This document shows, piece by piece, positions 28,894-39,445 of a stretch of DNA of 64,000 nt. The stretch is taken from positions 186,001 through 250,000 of the forward strand of contig JALMLS010000015.1 of NCBI GenBank assembly GCA_038496445.1. Direction: 5' to 3'. Below the pieces are notes generated by a model. It was not told the DNA's origin, made no database searches, and was given only the letters and a program-made list of their open reading frames with translations. Within the stretch, counting starts at the first letter, position 1; every line of letters starts with the position of its first letter. The DNA comes from Trichosphaerium sp. ATCC 40318 (lineage: Eukaryota > Protista > Tubulinea). Position numbers and translations under genes: made by a program.

Positions 28894-30171
28894 ATGGACG
28901 ACTCTAAAAGGCGTAAGGACACCTGTTTACATGATAACGTATTAATTTTCTTCTAAAAGACTTTAAACCGGCCCCACAAACTCTCTCGATATCAGACCTT
29001 CCATCAGATGTACAAATACTCATTTCAAGCTACACCAAAGAGATTTTCTCCAAATGGCACGTGAGCAATAAAGCGAAAAAATCCGAGAAAGAAAATGGAT
29101 GTTCTCGTTTTTTTAACTCGTATTAGGCATATACTCTCACGTAAGATGGCTACAATGACACATTACGATAATGAGTGTAAACGTAGAGGCACATGGCTTT
29201 CGTGGCACGATAATGGGAGAATATTCAGGTCTGTACATATGCGTAATGATGAAGCTTATGGAGAACACAAAGAGTGGAGTGATAATGGACAACTCGTTCT
29301 AAAAACATTCATGACACCTAACGGCGCCACAGGAGATTACTTTCAATGGTATGAGAATGGGCAAATGGAAATGAAGTGTTTCCTTAATAACGGTAAGGAG
29401 GAAGGTGTATACGATGAGTGGTATGATAATGGACAAAGACGTGTAAAGTGTTTTTTCATTAACGGAAAACAAGAAGGAGAAAGACTTGTTTGGCATGATA
29501 ACGGCCAACTTTTTGTAAAATGTCAACGCAAGAATGACTTGTTCGAGGGTGAGTATCGTTCATGGCATCCTAATGGACAATTACGCGTTGAAAAGCGTCT
29601 TGAGAAAGGTAAAGAAGTCGGTGAATACAAGCGTTTTTATGATAATGGACAAATCGAAATTCAATGCTTCAAGGAGAAGGATAAACAGAATGGTCCTTAT
29701 ATTCAATGGTATAAGAATGGCCAAATGGAACTTAAGTGTATGTTGAAAGATGGTCTTGAGGTTGGAGAGTATTACGAATGGTTTGATAACGGCCAGACGA
29801 AAATTCGCTGTTTTTTCATAAAAGGAAAACAACAAGGTCAAAGAAGAGTTTTTTATGATAACGGACAGCTCCGTGTTGAAGGCATAATGAAGGATGGTAA
29901 ATGGGACGGACTACTAAAAGGTTGGTGTTACTCAGGACAGCTCACATCCGAAAAACATATGCTTGATGGTGTCATAAATGGAGAGTGTAAAGAGTGGTAT
30001 AATAATGGACAGATAAAGACTCACTGTTTTAAAGTTAATGGATTGAAGCAAGGAGAGTATAAATTATGGTCAGCAAATGGTATTCTATTGGATTGGAGTA
30101 TGTTTAAGGATGACCAAAGGATTGAGCGTTTATCTAATTTAGTACAAGCAGAAGTACCAATTACGTTGTAG
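28894..30171 (+). CDS. F-box-like + MORN_2 repeat protein (two short 5' introns)
   Basis: Upstream exon SISDLPSDVQILISSYTKEIFSKW joins HILSRKMATMTHYD through a GC-AG intron (29057-29126) and aligns with the 24480 N-terminus. About 12 MORN_2 repeats follow. Confidence 0.85.
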
Positions 30172-30381
30172 TACCAGTTGTGGATAAAAAACGAGTTTTT
30201 TTTAAATCTTTATTCGTAAAACCTACTTTCTTGTCGCTTATTTGTCCTATGTATAGTTCTTGTGAGGTGATGTAGTACAGCCACTTCAATTGCACAATAC
30301 ATTTTTGGTTTGACCGCACGTGAATTTGACTGATTGTGATAAAAAGTCTTTCTCCGACTATTTTTGTGACAAAGAAGCAAA

Positions 30382-33300
30382 ATGGCAACAGCAGACTTCA
30401 CAGCGCTCATAAAAGATAATCTAGAACCTTACTATGCTCTGTCTAAGAAATTTGGCGGCCCCGTTGCTGAACAGGTACGATCAGTTGGATCTAATTTAGT
30501 AACGTTACATTCTATCAAAAACTAGTTATTTCGCCACAAACCGCGCCTGTGGTTTATACAGCAATTGTTTTAGCACATTTTGGTTATTTCGCTCTACGCT
30601 CACTAAAAACGCTAGGCGGACCTCGTAAAAAAAGCTGTTGATCTTGAATTGGCACTTGTTAAAAAAGCGACAGGCACAAAGAAACCAGGCCAAGCAGCCT
30701 TTATGAAGGAGCTCGAACCTATCAGCAACCTCATGAAGCAAATTAGCGGTATGAAGGACAAGAACAGAGGTCATAAGCACTTTAACCACTTGAGTGGTGT
30801 TGGTGAAGGTAAGCGAGCGAACAGAACGCGGTTTTGACACAAAGTAAACAATATTGTCCGTTTCTTATCGGTTTTTTTTTAGGTATTCAAGGACTCGCTT
30901 GGGTTTGCGTCGAACCTACACCTGGTCCATTCGTAAAAGAAAGTATTGGATCTGCTGAATTCTGGACAAACAAAATCCGCAAAGAGTTCAAGGGAAAGTA
31001 CGTGCTGCCCCACTCATTTGCTCCTGTTTCCTAGCGGGTTTTTTTTTTTGTACTAACGTTTGCGATTTTAGAGATGCTGACCAAATTAAATGGGTAGAAG
31101 GATACACTGGCTTCCTAAAGGCTGTACGTGTCACAATAATTTTTTTTGTAGAGTTACTCTAAAAATAAGCTAAATGTCAATTTTCCCTTGTAGTTGATCC
31201 CTTACATCAAACAATACCATACAACCGGTTTATCTTGGAACACTGGTGGCGCTAAACAAGCCCCTGCTGCTAGTGGTGGCGCTCCTGTATCATCAAGCGG
31301 ATGTACGTTGTTTTGTCCGTTTCTGTAGTCAAAAAGCGTCAATATTTCTCTACGCGCGTTCCAATTATGTCTTCGTGTTTGTGACGTTGTTGCTGTACCT
31401 ACACGATTTTTTTCAAGCGTTTTTAAGCAAAAAAATCTAACACATTTCATAGCTGCCAGCGCCTTCGCTGCACTCATCAAAGAGCACATTGAACCGTATG
31501 TCGCCATCTCAAACAAATATGGAGGACCAGTAAAAGAACAAGCAGCTGCATTGAAGAAAGCTCTTGATCTCGAACTCGACTTGTTGAAAAAAGCTGAAGG
31601 CATGAAAAAACCAGCTCCAGCTGATTTCCAAAAAATGTTACAACCAATCAGTGCATTGATGATCTCTATTGGAGGCTTCAAAGATAAGAACAGAGGTCAC
31701 AAGCACTTCAACCATTTGAGTGGTGTCGGCGAAGGTAACCTTTTCAACAGGTTGGTGTTATTAATGACTTTGTAGGTGTTCAAGCGCTCGCTTGGGTTTG
31801 TATCGAACCTACACCAGGTCCTCATGTTAAGGAAACAACTGGATCTGCTGAATTCTGGACAAACAAAATTCGTAAAGAGTTCAAGGGAAAGTACGTCCTT
31901 GTCTATCATCAAACTACTTGTTTTATTGTTTATGGTACTAATCTCTTTGTGTAGAGACGCGGAACAAATCAAATGGGTTGAGGGCTTCACTGGATTCTTG
32001 AAGGCTGTACGTTGTTACTTTTGCACGAATGCGACCAATTGTACTTATTTAATGATTTATTAGTTGGTTGGATACATTAAACAATACCACACAACCGGGT
32101 TATCTTGGAACACTGGTGGTGCCAAGAGCACAGGAAGTGCTGGTGCCGTTCCTGCACCTACTGGAGGAAGTACGTATTTTTAAGAGTTTTTTTTGATTGT
32201 GAATTGTTATTCTTATTGTATTAGGTTCCGCTGGCTTCGCTGCACTCATCAAAGAGCACATTGAACCATACGTCACCATCTCAAACAAATATGGTGGACC
32301 AGTAAAAGAACAAGCAGCTGCATTGAAGAAGGCTCTTGATCTCGAACTCGACTTGTTGAAAAAAGCTGAAGGCATGAAAAAGCCAGCACCAGCTGATTTC
32401 CAAAAAATGTTACAACCAATCAGTGCATTGATGATCTCTATTGGAGGCTTCAAAGACAAGAACAGAGGACATAAATACTTCAACCATTTGAGTGGAGTCG
32501 GTGAAGGTAACTTTTACTCAAAGTATGCTATTTACCTTCTAATCTGCTTGTAGGTGTTCAAGCGCTCGCTTGGGTTTGTATTGAACCTACACCAGGTCCT
32601 CACGTCAAAGAAACAATTGGATCTGCTGAGTTCTGGACAAACAAAATCCGCAAAGAGTTCAAGGGAAAGTACGTAGTACTTACTTACACTTATAAATGCT
32701 GACGTGTATATGTAGAGACGAAGAACAAATTAAATGGGTTGAGGGTTTCACTGGATTCTTGAAAGCTGTGCGTTTGAAACATCCTCCAAGCGTTGAAACA
32801 CGAACTAATATGGTTTAGCTCGTTGTTTTCATCAAACAACACCACACAACTGGTTTATCTTGGGGCACTGGTGCTGCACGTCCAAGTGCTACTGGCGGAG
32901 CCGCTCCAGCAGGTATGTCATTATTACTACAAGCAAAAATGTAACTAGTTTGTTTTCTTAGTTGCTGGTGGCTTTGATGGTATTATCAAAGAGTTCCTCG
33001 AACCATACGTTGCATTATCTACAAAGATTGGTGGACCAGTTGCTGAACAAGTTCGTATTTTTGCTTTTCACAAATTATTTTTGGAGCGTCATTCTCACGT
33101 GATTGGTTTAGGCTAAAGCTTTTGAAAAAGCTGTAAAACTTGAAGGTGATCTCATCAAAAAGGCAAAGGGAATGAAGAAACCTGCTCCAGCTAAATTACA
33201 AGAACTCCTTGGACCTATCAGGTACGCCTTTTTTTGCTTTCTCGCCTTAAGTTTTCTTGTTGCTTTGTGTACTTATTAATGTGTGATTATTTAGCAAAGA

Positions 33301-33707
33301 GATGATGACTGTTTCAGCTTTCAAAGATAAGCATAGAGCTCACAAGGATAAAAACTTCATTGCTGGTGTTGCTGAAGGTGTTGCTGTATTAGGATGGGTT
33401 GCTGTTGAACCTGCTCCTGGACCTTATGTTAAGGGCACTATTCCTAGCTCTGAGTTCTGGACGAACAAGATCCTCACTGAGTTCAAGGGAAAGTACGTAT
33501 CACTTGATCTTTTATTTATGTTTCCTAACGCGATTGAATAGAGGTGAAATGCAAACCAATTGGGTTAAGGCATTCAACGGATTTTTAAAGGCGGTACGTA
33601 TTCTTGATGTCTTTGTTGTTATTTGTTGTTCCCGTTTACTCATTTTCTATTAGTTGTTGCCATTCATCAAGGCTGAGCATACCACTGGATTGACATGGGG
33701 AAAATAA
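30382..33707 (+). CDS. Protein of four tandem N-terminal CAP/Srv2 helical folded domains; no WH2 or C-CAP domain
   Basis: Four copies of LEPYxAxSxKxGGPVxEQ...(FNHLSGVGEG)...LAWVCVEPTPGP...SAEFWTNKIRKEFKG...HTTGLSW, joined by short G/A/P linkers. Stop directly after repeat 4 (GLTWGK*). Confidence 0.9.
31463..32770 (+). repeat. Near-identical exonic duplication (N-CAP repeats 2 and 3)
   Basis: 31463-31734 and 32234-32506 are almost identical at nucleotide level, and downstream exons also match. The introns do not. Confidence 0.9.
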
Positions 33708-34499
33708 GTTTGATTTATTGATCTTATCCTTTGTCCTTATTAAACAGAAATTTCAGAGCAATAAAATCTGTTTACTGTCAAAATTTTGTTTGTAATTTTT
33801 GTTAGGGTTCCGATTTTTTGGAATTATTACGCCTGTAAATAGAGAGACAATATTCTAATTGCTGTAGTAACGATAAACTAGTCCGTTGCAGCACATACAC
33901 GCGCTTTATTACATCGTTTCTTTGACATTCTTCAAAATGTTGTACAGTCGAAGTATTCCATTTTATTGTACATAGAGGTACAACAAAGTGCTTTTGTATC
34001 GAATCCTCCAGTTCAGTGTGTCAACAAAAGGTGAAAAAAAGTAGCTATTGTTAGCTGACACGTCAAGTTTACCATACTTTCGTAAATGCATTAAAGCTTA
34101 CGTAAACAGTACTTGTGGCGTTTGCCGCTACCTACATACAGATAATTTAGCCAAGCTTGTCCCTCTAAGTACGTCAAACAGCACATTTATAGCATGTGTA
34201 GCTTATTAGTATAGCACTTCTCGATCCAAAGACAAAGAACAGAGAAGATATTAATGTAGTATAAGTTGATTCGTTACATTACTCTAAGAAGGTAAACGAC
34301 ATAGGAAATGCCAAAAAAAAAAGAGAAATAAAATTCAGAGAAACAAAAACCAAAACAGGCAAGTAAATAATTAAAATAAAACAGTATAGTATTAATATCT
34401 ACATTTAATTTATGTGCGTATAGAACGCCTTTACATTATTTACAGAGTTTAGCCATTATGTACAAAAAAACCAAGAGTGGTTTCGTCGGGTTGGCATCT

Positions 34500-35312
34500 T
34501 TAGTGGCATGAGCATTCTCCACTTTCATGTAGATCCAAGTCGGCAATGATCGCGTAGCCGTTACCATTTTTTTTAACGTTGTTGATCCCAATTGTTCGTA
34601 GTTTATGTTCGTGGACGTCCCAGTGTGTTACTTCTTGAACGAAGAAAGACATTGGTACATCGAACTCTGTTGTTCCGTTTCGAATGCGTAAATCCGTCGT
34701 GCTTGAGGTGATAATCTTCCCGTGAGCAACTGTGCTGTCGTTTACTTGTAAATTGACGTTTTCTGATAAGTCGATTTGAATTGTCGAGACTGTCGATTCG
34801 TTCTCTTGGATGACCGTGAGGTTATGACATCTCGTTATTTCTAAGCTAGAAATAACACCGTTGAATCGTACTACGCAGTTATCGCAAGCTACGATTGAAA
34901 GATGGGCGACACGTCTTGGAATCGTAACATTTGTATTTTTGCAAAATGAAATGTCAACGCCTTGTCCCATAGTAGCTTTGTTCACAGTGATGTTACCACC
35001 GTTGAACCGAGATACCTTCCAAGCGCGTCCACGAACACCAAATACGGATGTTTTGCCAAAGGCAAGAGGATTTGCTTGAGGTTTTGGTTTTTGGCCTTGT
35101 ACGAAGTTTATGGTTGCTCCATCTTTGATATTATAATCCCCGACGCGTTTACTATCTGATAGCTCGTCTCCGGCGAAAAATAAGCGTTGAAGCGAAAGTG
35201 GAATTCCTACTTCGGCTTGAAATTTTTTCTTCAAAGAATGTATGGTGTCTTTGTCTTCAATGTCGAATGTATATGTACTGTAATGTTTGATTGTTCTTAT
35301 ATGTACTCTCAT
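34500..35312 (-). CDS. Ubiquitin-like domain fused to C-CAP (CARP beta-helix) domain, intronless
   Basis: Residues 1-73 are ubiquitin-like (TIHSLKKKFQAEVGIPLSLQRLFFAGDELSDSKRVGDYNIKDGATI), with no C-terminal GG. They are followed by VDISFCKNTNVTI...LSIVACDNCVVRFNGVISSLEITRC...TIQIDLSENVNL...IITSSTTD...EFDVP, typical of C-CAP. Confidence 0.8.
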   Translation of the reverse strand: MRVHIRTIKHYSTYTFDIEDKDTIHSLKKKFQAEVGIPLSLQRLFFAGDELSDSKRVGDYNIKDGATINFVQGQKPKPQANPLAFGKTSVFGVRGRAWKVSRFNGGNITVNKATMGQGVDISFCKNTNVTIPRRVAHLSIVACDNCVVRFNGVISSLEITRCHNLTVIQENESTVSTIQIDLSENVNLQVNDSTVAHGKIITSSTTDLRIRNGTTEFDVPMSFFVQEVTHWDVHEHKLRTIGINNVKKNGNGYAIIADLDLHESGECSCH

Positions 35313-36330
35313 TTGTTGTCTTTTGTTGTTATCCTTGTATGTTTTTTAAATTATGGTTTAAGTTAGGTCGGGCATTTCGTTCAGAAAAGTCGGTTACGCG
35401 ATTTTTTGGGAATTTTTTTCAGAAAAAAAAAAGGTCCTTTGTTTTCTCCGCCGCGTTCTTTTTGACGAACGTATTGAAGCCGTGAAATACGTGCTTTTCT
35501 ATTGTAAACAGCTTTAGAATAACATTCTTGAATTCTCCTATCGACATTTCGTGATGCAATGTCGTTTGACATTTCGTCGTAAAAACATACGTAAACAACT
35601 CCACAAGATGCCAAAGGTTCAATACGTACGTCTATAACATCACGGGTATTTTCAAACTTCACGAAATTCGATTCAGTGAAAATGGCGTCTTGGAGCGTTT
35701 ATGGGGTTTCTACGTTTTACCCACTTTTATTCACATAAGTTAACAAATGGATACCGTCTCAAAGGCATTGTATTCACTCCGGTAGTCAACGGGTTCACAC
35801 TTGGAAATTTCAATCCGGAGCAAGCTAACATTCTAAGAGCCTTTACTGCTGCGTAAACAACAAGTTTATAGTACTACCTTGCAATGTATGATGCTATATT
35901 GCCTACGTAGGCACGTACAAAGAACATGTGCTTCAATACACACGAAATTATTCGAAAAAAACCTTTGCAGAAGTGCCAAGTTACAACCGTGTTGCACATG
36001 TGAATAGTGTATTTACAATAACATTCAACAAAACGCCTTTCGGAGGAGCAAGGAGCACTACAATTTTATTTAGCATGAAATGTTACAACATATCATGTTA
36101 TATTTTTTTACACAGGGCTTCCCTCTGAACAGTTTATGATGTTCAGTACCAATACTAAACAACTTGCGAAGCTACAATTTTCCGCTAACAGACTTAATGT
36201 AACAGCACTTAAGTCAGTTGTCGAAATATGAACTCAAATACCGCATTAAACGAGATGATTTTAACAATGAATACTAGTTTATTACAACAGAAAAGTTATC
36301 ACGTGACGTGATAAGTGTTTTTTGAGTGTT

Positions 36331-36828
36331 TTAAATTGCTTTGAAGGTACACTTGAACTTGGAGCGGTTCCAGCTCAAAACAATGTAGTACTTATACAAT
36401 AGAGCGCTCCAAGCCTGTCGGGTATGATCTTCCTTCCCTGGTAAATTTTCAGGCACTGATATCTGTTTGTTCGTCATTGGATTAAATACCCTCTTTATGC
36501 CGGCGTATAAAAGTGCTTTCCATACAAACTTCATCATAACACCACAAAATACTGTATTTGAGTCCAACGTCCCTCCTTTAACAGCATCAGTTGCAGAATT
36601 TGCACGAACCAATAATGCGTCCTCGTCAAGGGACGTTTTTGAAGAGCCTTTGATGAATTTTACAGTGTCTTCACATCTACTGCGATCGTCTGTGAGAACT
36701 GCGTAACCGTCGAAGTGGCCTGGAATATCGTTCGTAGCCTTGGCGACACCTTCAGATGTTAACTCTACTGTTGTTTGGTCCACGTTCATGTGTCTTAGAA
36801 GACATAGCTCTACACTCTCTGCTAACAT
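36331..36828 (-). CDS. Divergent histidine-phosphatase-like protein, tandem copy 1
   Basis: LCLLRHM...LTSEG...DDRSRCEDT resembles the RH(G), LTxxG and SxxxRAxQT motifs. Paralog of copies 2 and 3. Confidence 0.6.
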   Translation of the reverse strand: MLAESVELCLLRHMNVDQTTVELTSEGVAKATNDIPGHFDGYAVLTDDRSRCEDTVKFIKGSSKTSLDEDALLVRANSATDAVKGGTLDSNTVFCGVMMKFVWKALLYAGIKRVFNPMTNKQISVPENLPGKEDHTRQAWSALLYKYYIVLSWNRSKFKCTFKAI

Positions 36829-37660
36829 TCTTGCGTTGCTGTTGATGTTTTGTTGTTGTTTAGTTTTGATTTGAGTTGATGCAGTCTTGTGAATTGAGAA
36901 ATGTGGCGTTATGATAAATAATAAAAAACTACAGGTGGTAAATACCGGTCTGTAAACAGTAACGAGATTAAGAATTAACGGAATTCACGTTCAGTGAACA
37001 TCAACGTTTATTTCAATTCTCTTTAGGAATCAGCTACTTTGTTGTAGTACTAAACGCTTCAAACCGAACTTCTAAGGTTGAAAGCCGTCTCAAGCTTAGA
37101 TATGCAGCTAAATATATACGCTATACTTTGACTTTAAACTGATTTCTAATCAACAATTAGTGGAAACGAAAAAAAGAGTGTTTGTCATTCAGCACTCACC
37201 AAAAACGTTTGAAGACACTTGTCGCGTGAATATAGGAGTAGAATAATACATACAAATACATATTTTTTGAGTGCGGGACCAAGAAAATTAAAGGGAGTCC
37301 TTGAACAAAATTGCATTTCGCATTTTTTTCTGATTTTCCATTGATACTTACACCCTTGATTTTGGACTGTTTGCAACTAGTATTTTGTACTGTGTCTAAT
37401 AAAACTACAAAATACAGCGCACAAGTTGCACTTCGTGTCTAATATATTCTACAATACAGAATCGCTTCATCTGACAAAAGTTGCTAACTAGTTTTCTTGC
37501 TTGCCAGTGTAATCAAGAAATATTGCAACACTATGTACATATGCTCATAGTTTGTCAACAGCACCAACTTAACACTACAATTTTCTGTGACCATACTAAA
37601 CTTTAGTGATGAAACGTATTTTATTAGTTTCACAAAGGTGATTAACAACAGAAAAGTTAT

Positions 37661-37672
37661 TATCACGTGATA
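37661..37672. promoter_or_regulatory. Perfect palindrome TATCACGTGATA in the 3' UTR; also at 38561-38572, with a hairpin variant at 36296-36314
   Basis: Lies 17-30 nt beyond the stop codon of all three tandem genes and upstream of a minus-strand AATAAA. Confidence 0.5.
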
Positions 37673-37689
37673 GTCATTTTTTTATATTT

Positions 37690-38175
37690 TCAAATTGGTT
37701 TGAATGTACACTTGAATTTGGTTTTGTTCCAGCTCAAAACAATGTAGTACTTATACAATAGAGCGCTCCAAGCTTTTCGGGTTGGATCTTCCTTCCCTGG
37801 TGTACCATCAATCACTGATATCTGTTTTTTCGTCATTGGATTAACTACCTTCTTTATGTTGGCGTATAAAAGTGCTTTCCATATAAACTTCATCAAAACA
37901 CCACAAAATACTGTATTTGAGTCCAACGTCCCTCCTTTAACAGCATCAGCTGCAGACTTTACACGGGCTAATGCCGCGGCCTGGTCAAGAGACGTTTTTG
38001 AAGAGCCTTTGATGAATTTTACAGTGTCCTCACATCTTTTAACGTTGTCTGTGATAACTGCGTAATTGTTGAAGTGCCCTGGAATATTGTTTTTAGCCTT
38101 GGCGAGACCTTCAGGCGTTAACTCTAGCGTAGCATGGTCCACGTTCATGTGTCTTAGAATACATAGCTGAGCCAT
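37690..38175 (-). CDS. Divergent histidine-phosphatase-like protein, tandem copy 2
   Basis: LCILRHM...LTPEG...DNVKRCEDT. High identity to copies 1 and 3. Confidence 0.6.
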   Translation of the reverse strand: MAQLCILRHMNVDHATLELTPEGLAKAKNNIPGHFNNYAVITDNVKRCEDTVKFIKGSSKTSLDQAAALARVKSAADAVKGGTLDSNTVFCGVLMKFIWKALLYANIKKVVNPMTKKQISVIDGTPGKEDPTRKAWSALLYKYYIVLSWNKTKFKCTFKPI

Positions 38176-38590
38176 CCTTGTGTTGCTTATGATGTTTGTA
38201 CCGTTGTTTATACGAGAATACGGTTGTGAATCGCTAGTATGGCGTCATTATCGCAATAAAAACTCAGAAATAAAATTAACTTGTAAGCGTGGTTGACTAT
38301 GTTCTCTACAATACCAACTGGCACTTCGTTTCAAATTAGAGGAGTTTTGCAGTACGTTTTTTCGTAAAGCAATACCACTACAATGTCCAGGTCTGTAAGC
38401 GAACACGTCATGTTCGTATCCATTTGTAAAACCACTGAGTAACAACGATTTCCAGTAACAGATGTATCAAAGCGCACTAATCAGTTGTCGAAAACAACAG
38501 TCATTTCACAAAGTAATTCTAGTGATGAAAACGTATTTATTGCATTCCCAACAGAACAGTTATCACGTGATATGGCTATTTTTGTGGGGT

Positions 38591-39076
38591 TTAAATTGGT
38601 TTGAATGTACACTTGAATTTGGTTTTGTTCCAGCTCAAAACAATGTAGTACTTATACAATAGAGCGCTCCATGCCACTCGGGTTGGATCTGTCTCCCCTG
38701 GTAAATTTTCAGGCACTGATATCTGTTTGTTCGTCATTGGATTAACTACCTTCTTTATGTTGGCGTATAAAAGTGCTTTCCAGATAAACTTCATCATAAC
38801 GCCACAAAATACTGTATTTGAGCTCAAAGTTCCTGCTTTGACAGCATCGGCTGCAGAATTTACACGGGGTAATAAGTCGGCCAGTGGGAGAGACGTTTTT
38901 GAAGAGCCCTTGATGAATTGTACAGTGTCTTCACATCTTTTAACATTGTCTGTGATAACTGCGTAATTGTTGAAGTGCCCTGGAATATCGTTTTTAGCCT
39001 TGGCGAGACCTTCAGGTGTTAACTCTTGCGTAGCATAGACTACGTTCATGTGTCTTAGAAGACATAGCTGTGCCAT
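38591..39076 (-). CDS. Divergent histidine-phosphatase-like protein, tandem copy 3
   Basis: True ATG at 39076 (MAQLCLLRHM) by homology with copy 2. Same motifs. Confidence 0.6.
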   Translation of the reverse strand: MAQLCLLRHMNVVYATQELTPEGLAKAKNDIPGHFNNYAVITDNVKRCEDTVQFIKGSSKTSLPLADLLPRVNSAADAVKAGTLSSNTVFCGVMMKFIWKALLYANIKKVVNPMTNKQISVPENLPGETDPTRVAWSALLYKYYIVLSWNKTKFKCTFKPI

Positions 39077-39445
39077 CCTTGTGTTGCTTTTGATGTGTTT
39101 GTACCGTTGTTTATAAGAGAATACGGGTGTGAATTGTGAAATATGTAGCGTTATGATAAAACAAAACGAACATAAAATACAATCACACATGGCTGTCATC
39201 GATTTGTGACAGCACAAAAGCTATCTAACTGCTGTAAACAAACATTCGTGTATTCAGAAAAAAAAAACCAAAATATTTTTCAAGCATGAACAGATGTTCC
39301 TTACCTCCCAACAACGTCGTAGTTTGTAGATTTAGGATCCAGAATAACTGGTCTAACGAGCAGTAGCTTTTACCAAACTGTAAGTAGTGACATATCACTT
39401 CAAACTGCAATTTTATGACGTGATGAATGACATTTTAAAAAAAAA

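Noticed and set aside
29150-30100. Regularly spaced GATAATGGACAA-like repeats resembling a CRISPR array
   Set aside because: The 72-nt period is the coding MORN_2 repeat (DNGQ) inside an open frame.
31202-32483. Two similar minus-strand ORFs (…PPIEIINALIGCNIFWKS…)
   Set aside because: Antisense shadows of N-CAP repeats 2 and 3.
35381-36128. Short ORFs upstream of the Ubl-C-CAP gene
   Set aside because: No consistent gene model or homology seen. May be promoter or decayed sequence.
36467-38966. Three similar plus-strand ORFs (…AYKSAF…)
   Set aside because: Antisense shadows of the tandem triplet.
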